Virus record (IMG/VR): IMGVR_UViG_3300032335_001059
Location: 1-64,000 of that record
Source of the DNA: a virus
Lineage: Duplodnaviria; Caudoviricetes
DNA: 64,000 bases
Strand: one strand, 5' to 3'
In this document: piece by piece, positions 38,761 through 46,477 of the stretch
Position numbering within the stretch: position 1 is the first letter of the stretch
How the letters are laid out: each line of letters begins with the position of its first letter
Translations under genes and position numbers: made by a program
The notes under the pieces: model-generated
What the model was told of the DNA's origin: nothing
The model's input: only the letters and a program-made list of their open reading frames with translations
The model's database searches: none

Positions 38761-39018
38761 ATGAAGCAGATTATTAAATCACAATTTGTAACAGACGTTA
38801 CAGAAACAAAAATGACTCGCAAAGAGTTAGCAGCTAAGTATGAGTTGCCAGAAACAGAAATCAAAAAGATTATGAAAGCTTTTGGTTTAAAAATTAGTAG
38901 AAAACAACATGCTACTTATACTATTGTAGATGATACAATTGTAAATGAAGCAGTTGAAATGACTCCTTTTACTCAAGCATTTTCTCAAAATATAGAATCA
39001 GAATCACACGTAAATTAA
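38761..39018 (+). CDS. Small HTH-like protein
   Basis: MTRKELAAKYELPETEIKKIMK. Confidence 0.55.
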   Translation: MKQIIKSQFVTDVTETKMTRKELAAKYELPETEIKKIMKAFGLKISRKQHATYTIVDDTIVNEAVEMTPFTQAFSQNIESESHVN

Positions 39019-39025
39019 TTAACAT

Positions 39026-39559
39026 ATGTACGGAATATCAAAAGACCTAACGGTTGACGAAAACAATCGTTTTGACGGTGGAATCCATAGTGGAGTAATC
39101 ATCGAAAAAATCTCTTACGAGAACGCAAAGAAAGACGGAACAGGTAAAGATGTTTTAGCTTTTCACTTTAAAGGTGCTAAAGGTGAGACATTTAGACACG
39201 TAGAATGGCCTGTAGAAGCTTCTGATGATAAAGCAGAAAGTAAAGTTGCTAACATGAGTAAGCGTATTAAGCATATTTTATCTAAGTTTGTAGCTGAAGA
39301 TAGTATTGTAGTAGGCAATGTTGCTACTTTTCAAGAATACGCTAACGAAATCATTCGTATCGCAGGTAACAATTATAACGGTAAAACTTTTGAAATCAAG
39401 TTATTATTTGATGATAGAGGTAATTTAGGTTTCCCTAAATACGTAGGTTTTATTGCTAAAGATGCTGGTACTTTGAAAGTTAGTGCTACCGAGAAAATAA
39501 CTAAAGCTGCTCCTACTTCTACTGACGAAATAAGTAATTTCGTTCCAGAAGCGTTTTAG
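39026..39559 (+). CDS. Putative ssDNA-binding protein (DUF669-like OB fold)
   Basis: 177 aa between recombinase and primase; acidic/aromatic C-terminus; function is inference. Confidence 0.55.
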   Translation: MYGISKDLTVDENNRFDGGIHSGVIIEKISYENAKKDGTGKDVLAFHFKGAKGETFRHVEWPVEASDDKAESKVANMSKRIKHILSKFVAEDSIVVGNVATFQEYANEIIRIAGNNYNGKTFEIKLLFDDRGNLGFPKYVGFIAKDAGTLKVSATEKITKAAPTSTDEISNFVPEAF

Positions 39560-39583
39560 TAAAAACAAAAAATGATTTAAATT

Positions 39584-40552
39584 ATGTATAGTATAAATGA
39601 TAAACCTGAATATTTAACTCCAAATTATTTATTAAGTAAAATATCACAAGAAGATATTTGGAAATACTATACTAATTTAACTCCAGATTCATCAAGTTTA
39701 TATACAAATCCATCAAGACATGATGTAAATGCAGGTTGTAAATTTTTTCAACAATCTGGTTATTGGTGGTTAACTGATTTTGCTAGAAAAAAAGTATATA
39801 ATTGCTTCACTATACTTAAAGATATGTATAATATACCTTACCCGAAGGTACTAGAAATGGTATATGAAGATTTTTTAGGTAAAGGAAGCAATTATGTAAA
39901 ATCAGATTACATATATATACCGAAATTAATTAAAGAAGAAACATTAATTGATTGTAAACTTCAAAATTATACTAAACAAGATATTGATTATCTCAAATCC
40001 TTTCATCTAACCGCAAATATTTGCAAAAGACATAATGTCTATAGTGTAGCAGTATATTGGATTAATGGTAAACAAGTTTATAGTTATAAAAATAGTGACC
40101 CTTGTTTAGGATATTTAGAAAATGGTAAATGGAAATTATATCATTATAAAAGAAAAGATTTCAGATTTGTGAGCAATATAAATTCTTCAATGTTGCAAGG
40201 TTTAGACCAACTTAGATACGAAAGTAATTTATTAATCATAACAAAAAGTAAAAAAGATGTTATGGTTTATGATTTATTAGGATATGAATCAGTTGCTCCA
40301 CATTCTGAAGCTTTGTCTAAATGGGAAATGCATTTACCTCATTTACAAAACAATTACGACCAAATATTAATTAATTTTGACAATGATGAAGCTGGGTATA
40401 TAGCTTCTGAATCTATAATTAATAAATATTCAAATTTGATTCCTTTATTTATTCCGATAGAATCAAATCAAAAAGATATTAGTGACTATATAAGGTCATA
40501 TGGAATAAGTCAAACAATAAATAATTTAAAAAAATGGCTAGAAAAATTGTAG
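39584..40552 (+). CDS. DNA primase (crAss-type TOPRIM)
   Basis: LIITKSKKDVM, NFDND, KDISDY. Confidence 0.8.
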   Translation: MYSINDKPEYLTPNYLLSKISQEDIWKYYTNLTPDSSSLYTNPSRHDVNAGCKFFQQSGYWWLTDFARKKVYNCFTILKDMYNIPYPKVLEMVYEDFLGKGSNYVKSDYIYIPKLIKEETLIDCKLQNYTKQDIDYLKSFHLTANICKRHNVYSVAVYWINGKQVYSYKNSDPCLGYLENGKWKLYHYKRKDFRFVSNINSSMLQGLDQLRYESNLLIITKSKKDVMVYDLLGYESVAPHSEALSKWEMHLPHLQNNYDQILINFDNDEAGYIASESIINKYSNLIPLFIPIESNQKDISDYIRSYGISQTINNLKKWLEKL

Positions 40553-40938
40553 TTTTTTCAACAAAAACAAACACATCGCAAACTTTAATGTCAACTTCTT
40601 CAACATGGGGAGAACTTAGAGCAGAAATTCCTTCATTGTTAAATGAAGATATGGTAGCTACTATTGTAGAAACTAGAAATCAATTAGTATCTATGGAAGC
40701 AATTCTTCCTGAAGGTGAATTTAAATTAGTTTTAACTCCTGCTAAAACTAAATCTGGTTCTGAATCTATTGATGTAGCTTCAGTAATTGCTTGTCTTAAA
40801 GAAAAATTTGATGAAGCTTTTGAAGATATCTTAAACGAAATCGAAGAAGGTGAGCATTCATCTACTTCACATCTTAGTTCATCTGATTTAAGTTTAGCAG
40901 CAGAAGCAGCTAAAATTAAAAGAGAATTAGGTCTGTAA
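40534..40938 (+). CDS. Ubiquitin-like (beta-grasp) protein: ~75-aa domain ending KTKSG plus 59-aa acidic extension
   Basis: Beta-beta-alpha-beta pattern (RKIVVFST/SQTLMS/TWGELRAEI/EFKLVLTP), Gly75; first gene of the E2-JAB-E1 cluster; fold is inference. Confidence 0.65.
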   Translation: MARKIVVFSTKTNTSQTLMSTSSTWGELRAEIPSLLNEDMVATIVETRNQLVSMEAILPEGEFKLVLTPAKTKSGSESIDVASVIACLKEKFDEAFEDILNEIEEGEHSSTSHLSSSDLSLAAEAAKIKRELGL

Positions 40939-40946
40939 TTTTATTT

Positions 40947-40985
40947 AAAACTCTCTTGTTAATACAACAAGAGAGTTTTTTATTT
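40947..40985 (+). terminator. Intrinsic terminator between Ubl and E2-like genes
   Basis: aaaactctcttgtt-aatac-aacaagagagtttttt, 14-bp stem. Confidence 0.8.
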
Positions 40986-40998
40986 TTAAATTAAAAAA

Positions 40999-42303
40999 AT
41001 GAAAGCATTAATAACTGGAATTACAGTAGGAAAATCTAGAAATGCATCTGCAACTTTAATATATAGAATATTTGATAAATATAAAGATTGTGATACTCAT
41101 ATAAATATTATAGATGACCTAACTGATGGTAATTGGGCAATAGATAAAAGAGATGTTATATTTATAGAAGATGAAATTCCTAATATAGAATATAACTCTA
41201 AATGTTACATTTGTTCTGAAGAATACTTTAATGATGTTAGTGAAAAATTTTTACAAGATTTTACATTAAATTCTTATAACAAATTAGTAGGAAAAGAATA
41301 CATTAGCGATGAAGATTTTTACATTAAATATTATAGTATTAAAAAAGATAATATTTTTGATTGGAAAAAAATAATTAAAGATTTTTTTGGAGATAGAGTA
41401 GATATACAAAATGAATATTTTATAGTACATTTTCCAAAAAAACATGTAGAAAATAGTTCAGGAAGACAACATACTATTTATGATGTATATTTAAAAATTA
41501 CAATAAATTATTCAAATTCTTCTAGAATGTATTATGGACATTATTTTAATGAGTATTTTGATAAATATTTACAAAATTGTTATGCAAATCCTTGTTTTTT
41601 ATTAACTAGTGGTACAAGAACTACAGCATCTAAAGAAGAACATATTTCTTCATATTGTTTTTCTCATTTTCAAAGAGGATTTGGTGAATGGAGAAATACT
41701 TGTTTAGGCGAAGGATTGTTAAGAAAATATGGAAGTATTCCAATTTCTAATGAAGAACTTGCTGTAGGTTATTGTGTAGCTTTAGAAAATTATCTTTCTT
41801 GGGAATCTTTAGAAGGCGGACCTTATATTAAAATTAGTGATATTCGTTCTAATATTGAAAGAGAAAATTTAAATTCTTCTCTTTTTAGTTCAAGAATAAT
41901 GAAAAGTTTAATATCAAATAAATTTAACAATTTGATTTTAAATTTAGATACAAATAAAGTTTACATAAACGAAAATGTTCTAGATGAAGTTAATTCTTTT
42001 TATGCCATTAATGGAGATTATATTTCTTTAGACAAATTAAATCAAAATGATAAAAATAACAGTAATCATAAAGAAATTGTTGGAAATAACTTTTTTACTT
42101 TTAATGGAAAAGAAACTGGTAAATTAACAATTGATTATTCTTTAAATAAAAGTTCATCTGAAACAATTTTTTCTGGAGAATTAGATGTTTATAGAATGCA
42201 TTATTCTTCTTTAGAACAATCTTTAACAAATAAAATAAATAGTATTATAAATGACAAATCAAACAACTTCCTTGAAAAAAAACCCTTATTCAGAATTAAC
42301 TGA
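40999..42303 (+). CDS. E2/UBC-like domain protein
   Basis: YCFSHFQRGFGEWRNTCLGEG (Cys235) resembles prokaryotic E2 H-x(n)-CLG; context between Ubl and JAB. Confidence 0.55.
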   Translation: MKALITGITVGKSRNASATLIYRIFDKYKDCDTHINIIDDLTDGNWAIDKRDVIFIEDEIPNIEYNSKCYICSEEYFNDVSEKFLQDFTLNSYNKLVGKEYISDEDFYIKYYSIKKDNIFDWKKIIKDFFGDRVDIQNEYFIVHFPKKHVENSSGRQHTIYDVYLKITINYSNSSRMYYGHYFNEYFDKYLQNCYANPCFLLTSGTRTTASKEEHISSYCFSHFQRGFGEWRNTCLGEGLLRKYGSIPISNEELAVGYCVALENYLSWESLEGGPYIKISDIRSNIERENLNSSLFSSRIMKSLISNKFNNLILNLDTNKVYINENVLDEVNSFYAINGDYISLDKLNQNDKNNSNHKEIVGNNFFTFNGKETGKLTIDYSLNKSSSETIFSGELDVYRMHYSSLEQSLTNKINSIINDKSNNFLEKKPLFRIN

Positions 42304-42592
42304 GTTTTCTAAAAAGAAGGGTAAATTAATATTGAGTCAAACTGTAATTGACCAAATTAAATATTTATGTTCTAAAATGCCATTAGTAGAATGGTCAGGT
42401 GTATTATACCACACTAGTGAAGGTGATTTACAAAATCCAGAACAATTTACATGTAAAGCTGAATATATATTGCTATTAGATAAAGGCACTTCAGGTTATA
42501 CAGAATATGATTTTTCTTCTCCTTCTTTTACAGAAGCTTTGATGGAAAAACCAGAGTTTATGGAATGGTCTATGAGCCATTGTCACTCGCAT
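42251..42592 (+). CDS. JAB/MPN (JAMM) metalloprotease, exon 1
   Basis: VEWSGVLY (catalytic Glu) ... HCHSH, ending at the intron junction. Confidence 0.8.
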
Positions 42593-42805
42593 TCGAGAAA
42601 TTGTGGTGCAGCTACAAAGTGATTTGTAGTAAAAAATAGAGGATGAATTGCTGGAACGATGACAAAGTAATCCAATCAGCAGCCAAGCTATAGTTACAAC
42701 TATAGAAGGTTCAACGACTACCTGAGCAGTATAGTCTGCTTAATAACAGGAAGTAGCTAATAGTAGTGTATTAGTGAAAAAGCGTCCTCCAACTTAACAT
42801 GTCCG

Positions 42806-43642
42806 TTAAGTTGATGATATAGTCTGTTCGTAGTTAATTCTTTGAAGAAAAACATTATGTTTTCTTTTTAAGAAAAAAGTTAAGTTATCGTAACAAGAAT
42901 AGAAATTATAAAAATCTTTTTTATTGCATATATCTAAAATATAATAATTACTTTTATTGGTAATTTTAAATTTTTCAAGTTTAAGCTCTTCGGCAATACC
43001 TTTTAAAAAAAGATATGTTCCGCAAATGTTTATACCGTATGTTCTATAAAATTCATTTTTTACTCTTTTATCTGTATGGGCATAAACATGACCATCGCCA
43101 TCAAAATATCCTAATATTACAGCTTTTCTAAACTGTTTAGGTATTATTGGTAAAAAATTTTCAAGAGTAAAAGTTTTATTTCTATTAATACCAAGTGCAA
43201 TTAAATTTCTACAAAGAGTTTGATTACCTAATGTTATTGATGACCTATTATAAGTTTTTTTAGTTCTTTTATCATAAGGTGTAGAATTTAATATTTTAGT
43301 TTCAAATCCAATTTCGGATTTAATAAAATTTAAAAAATCAACATCTTTGGTATTAACAACAATAGTTAGATTATATAATTTTTTTATTTTATCAAAACCG
43401 ATACAACCATCAGCAGCTATATACCCCAATATATAAGCTTTTGAATATGTATCAATTTTTGAAAAATAATCAACATTACCTTGTGAAGGTCTTTTATTAT
43501 TATAACCGCAATCTCTTTTGAGAATATAAGTTATAGTAGGATAAGGTTTTTGCATAATTTCAGCAATTTTTAAAACAGGAGTTTTGTTTAAATACAATTC
43601 TTTAATTTTTTCAATTTGTTCTAATGATAATCTAGTTTTCAT
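42806..43642 (-). CDS. Intron-encoded double-motif LAGLIDADG endonuclease with N-terminal HTH, antisense to the intron (start likely 43642)
   Basis: AYILGYIAADG and VILGYFDGDG motifs. Confidence 0.85.
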   Translation of the reverse strand: MKTRLSLEQIEKIKELYLNKTPVLKIAEIMQKPYPTITYILKRDCGYNNKRPSQGNVDYFSKIDTYSKAYILGYIAADGCIGFDKIKKLYNLTIVVNTKDVDFLNFIKSEIGFETKILNSTPYDKRTKKTYNRSSITLGNQTLCRNLIALGINRNKTFTLENFLPIIPKQFRKAVILGYFDGDGHVYAHTDKRVKNEFYRTYGINICGTYLFLKGIAEELKLEKFKITNKSNYYILDICNKKDFYNFYSCYDNLTFFLKRKHNVFLQRINYEQTISST

Positions 43643-43663
43643 GTTTTTTCTTTTGTTATAACA

Positions 43664-43694
43664 CAAAGGTAAGAATAAAACTTATAATAACAAA
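43664..43694 (-). promoter_or_regulatory. Bacteroidota sigma-A promoter for the antisense LAGLIDADG gene
   Basis: TTTG-N19-TACCTTTG, ending 21 nt upstream of ATG 43642. Confidence 0.75.
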
Positions 43695-43722
43695 TTTTCT
43701 TAATGTTTGCTACGAGTAAACG

Positions 43723-44562
43723 AACAATATGAGCGTATTTTTTAGCGCGACTGACAATGAAGAACTTACAGATAATGCTCCTAATTACAACTACTACCTT
43801 TCGTTAATTGTAAATAACAAAAATGAATATTGCGCTAGAATTGCATTCATTGGTGAAATTGAAGGTAGGACAATAAAATTTAAAGATAGACACGGAGTAG
43901 AGCAAGCAATAACTTCAGCAAATAAACAAGTTACATTTTATTACGAAATGGAAATATTTGCTGAAAGTTCTAATTTAATTGATGATTTCTTTGTTAAGCA
44001 GTATGAAAAAGTAATTGCAGCTAAACCAGTACAAACTTTTCCGCAATTTGAAAATAGTTATACAAATTATAACGTTACTAATTATGAAAATTATGGTATA
44101 GGTTATAATAAAAATTATGCAAAAAATAATTACAAACAAGGTAAATTATTTGATGACAAAAGTACTGAAAAGATTGAAGATAAATTAACTTGGGATTCTC
44201 AAGCTGTAAACTTTATTAAAAGATTGATTGATGTAAATTATACTATGGAAAACATAGCATTTTATTTAAACTACAATCAAGATTATTCTTCTCCTTTACA
44301 TAATTATTTAGATGATTTGATTCCTAAAAACAAAGGACATTTCAAAAACAATAAAGAAGTTAAAGAATTTATTGAAAATAGAGTAGCTAATGCAGATGAA
44401 GTATTTGAATATTTTTCAATTACTTGTGATGAGTATGATAATACAAGTGATTTAAATGATGTATGGATAGATTCTATTAATTTTCTAAAAGCAAGTAGTT
44501 TTAAAAATCATCCAACATCAAAATTAATTATAGAAGAAATGGACAAATGGGTATGGAAATAA
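43723..44562 (+). CDS. JAB/MPN protease, exon 2 (spliced product about 393 aa)
   Basis: NNMSVFFSATD completes HxH-x7-S-x2-D; YYLSLIVNN. Confidence 0.8.
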   Translation, partial: NNMSVFFSATDNEELTDNAPNYNYYLSLIVNNKNEYCARIAFIGEIEGRTIKFKDRHGVEQAITSANKQVTFYYEMEIFAESSNLIDDFFVKQYEKVIAAKPVQTFPQFENSYTNYNVTNYENYGIGYNKNYAKNNYKQGKLFDDKSTEKIEDKLTWDSQAVNFIKRLIDVNYTMENIAFYLNYNQDYSSPLHNYLDDLIPKNKGHFKNNKEVKEFIENRVANADEVFEYFSITCDEYDNTSDLNDVWIDSINFLKASSFKNHPTSKLIIEEMDKWVWK

Positions 44563-44738
44563 AAAAAATTAAACAAAGTACAGTAAGATTTTCAGAAGCT
44601 TACTTTTATAAACCAAATGTAGAAGTACTAGTATTAGGATTAGGGGGTATCGGCTCATGGCTGACCCTCAATCTTGCTAGATTAGAATGTAATTTACATT
44701 TATACGATTATGATTTAATTGATGAAGTAAATTTAGCT
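44547..44738 (+). CDS. E1/ThiF-family adenylyltransferase, exon 1
   Basis: LVLGLGGIGSW, YDYDLIDEVNLA. Confidence 0.85.
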
Positions 44739-45985
44739 AGGAATATTCTATTATATTAATTATTTTTGTATATACAAAAAATAATATAATGGATAAATAC
44801 TCAGGAGAATTTAAAACAATTGACACACAAGAAAAAGCTTATGTTTTAGGCTTGTTTTACGCAGATGGATATATTTATAAAAGAAAATATAGTTATTTTT
44901 CAGGAATTACTTTACATTTAAAAGATGAATATTTAATAGATAAATTATGTGAAATTTTTTCTTTTTTTCAAAAAACTTTTGACAAAAGTAAACCTTCAAC
45001 AATACATTTGAGATGTAATGTAAAAGAATTTATTTTAGATTTAAAAGCAAACGGAATGCATGAAAGAAAATCTTTTGAAAACAAAGAGAATTTACATGTA
45101 CCAAATATTGATAAATCTTTAATTAATCATTTTATTAGAGGATTTTTTGATGGAGATGGTAGTGTTTATTTTAGTAAAACTGCATCTATAAATTCTAAAT
45201 ATTGTACTTTTACAGGAGTATGTTTTTCTTTTTTAAAAGAAATTCAGGAAATTTTAAAAACAAATAATATTAATTTTAGATTTACAATTAATAAACTTTC
45301 TAAAAAAGAATCTTACATTTTTGGAAGAAAAATTAATAATCCACAAGATGTTGGAATATTAACTTTATCTTTAAGAAAAGAAATTGAATTTTTTTCAAAT
45401 TTTTTATATAAAAATAGTAATATACATCTTTATAGAAAATATGAAATAATGAATTCTTGGACAGAAACTTTATCTGAAAGATTTATATGTAGAATATGTA
45501 ATTCTAAAAATACAATATTTGTAGGAAAAAATAAATATAAATGTAAAAATTGTAATAAAATAATTCCAATAATAGGTAATATTTTTGTTAAAAAAACAAG
45601 CAAGCCTTGTAAACATTGTAATTCACTAAATACCGTAGGAAACGGTAAAACTAAAAGTAGAACTACAAATGAAATAATATCTGAAAAATTTTTGTGTAGA
45701 AATTGTAATAAAAACTCCAGTTATTTAATGACTGGTCTTAATAACAGTAATGTTATTAATGGAGAGGATGAATTGACTGGAAAGCTAAGGGATGAAAGAC
45801 TCCTATGCCAATCAGCAGCCAAGCCGTCAGAGACGGAAGGTTCAGAGACTACCTGAGTAATAGCGATATTACTTAATAACAGGAAGTAGTTATAATATAT
45901 ATTGAAGTTATAATGAAAAAGTGTCCTCCATCCTTATAGGATGAAGATATAGTCCATGCCGCATAGAAATATGGGATAAACATTG
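44739..45985 (+). mobile_element. Group I intron 3 (1247 nt) with LAGLIDADG gene in the P1 loop
   Basis: P10/IGS tgact-ggtc 45729-37; P2 taataaca-gtaa-tgttatta; P3 45764-70/45922-28; Q aatcagcag; R gaaggttcagagacta 45836-51; S aagatatagtcc 45944-55; splicing gives NLA-GQMY. Confidence 0.9.
44789..45856 (+). CDS. Intron-encoded double-motif LAGLIDADG endonuclease with C-terminal zinc ribbons
   Basis: AYVLGLFYADG, FIRGFFDGDG; four CxxC pairs; last ~40 codons overlap the ribozyme core. Confidence 0.85.
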   Translation: MDKYSGEFKTIDTQEKAYVLGLFYADGYIYKRKYSYFSGITLHLKDEYLIDKLCEIFSFFQKTFDKSKPSTIHLRCNVKEFILDLKANGMHERKSFENKENLHVPNIDKSLINHFIRGFFDGDGSVYFSKTASINSKYCTFTGVCFSFLKEIQEILKTNNINFRFTINKLSKKESYIFGRKINNPQDVGILTLSLRKEIEFFSNFLYKNSNIHLYRKYEIMNSWTETLSERFICRICNSKNTIFVGKNKYKCKNCNKIIPIIGNIFVKKTSKPCKHCNSLNTVGNGKTKSRTTNEIISEKFLCRNCNKNSSYLMTGLNNSNVINGEDELTGKLRDERLLCQSAAKPSETEGSETT

Positions 45986-46477
45986 GGTCAAATGTATGCT
46001 AATACTGATATTGGATTGAGAAAACTTGATAGTATTAATAGTTTAGTTAATTTATTATGTGATAAACCTAATATAATTTCTTTAAATGAAAAATATACTA
46101 ATGAAAGTTTGACTGGTCCAATAGTATTTTCTTGTTTTGACAATATGGCTGCAAGAAAATTAGCTTTTGATAAATGGAAAGCTGAAGACGATAGAGAACT
46201 TTTTATTGATGGAAGAATGGCACTTTCAACAGGAGAAGTTTATTGTGTAACAAAAGGAAAAGAAAAAGAATACGAAAGAACTTTATTTGATGATTCTGAA
46301 GTTGAAGATGCTGCTTGTAGTATGAAAGCAACTACTTTTAGTGGTATGACTATCGCAAGTATAATGACAGCATTATTTTGTAATTATGTAGGTACAACTT
46401 TAAATCCAGATTTACCAGTTAATTTATCTTTTAAAACAACTTATAATTTTCCGTTAATGATGTTTGAAAGTATATGA
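45986..46477 (+). CDS. E1/ThiF-family protein, exon 2 (spliced product about 227 aa)
   Basis: GQMY...IGLRK...SCFDNMAARK...FIDGRM...EDAACSMKAT (candidate thioester Cys). Confidence 0.85.
   Translation, partial: GQMYANTDIGLRKLDSINSLVNLLCDKPNIISLNEKYTNESLTGPIVFSCFDNMAARKLAFDKWKAEDDRELFIDGRMALSTGEVYCVTKGKEKEYERTLFDDSEVEDAACSMKATTFSGMTIASIMTALFCNYVGTTLNPDLPVNLSFKTTYNFPLMMFESI

Larger units (their letters stand above)
42593..43722 (+). mobile_element. Group I intron 2 (1130 nt) with antisense LAGLIDADG gene in the P9 loop
   Basis: P2 gctacaaa-gtga-tttgtagt; P3 42639-45/42783-89; P4 tgctg/cagca; R gaaggttcaacgacta; S atgatatagtctg; P9 tcgtag/ctacga; ends in G; splicing gives HSH-NNMSVFF-SATD. Confidence 0.9.

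Noticed and set aside
42806-45856. Inteins
   Set aside because: The LAGLIDADG ORFs are separate frames with their own stops inside clear group I cores; no in-frame Cys...His-Asn splice motifs. TerL, PolB and DnaB look uninterrupted
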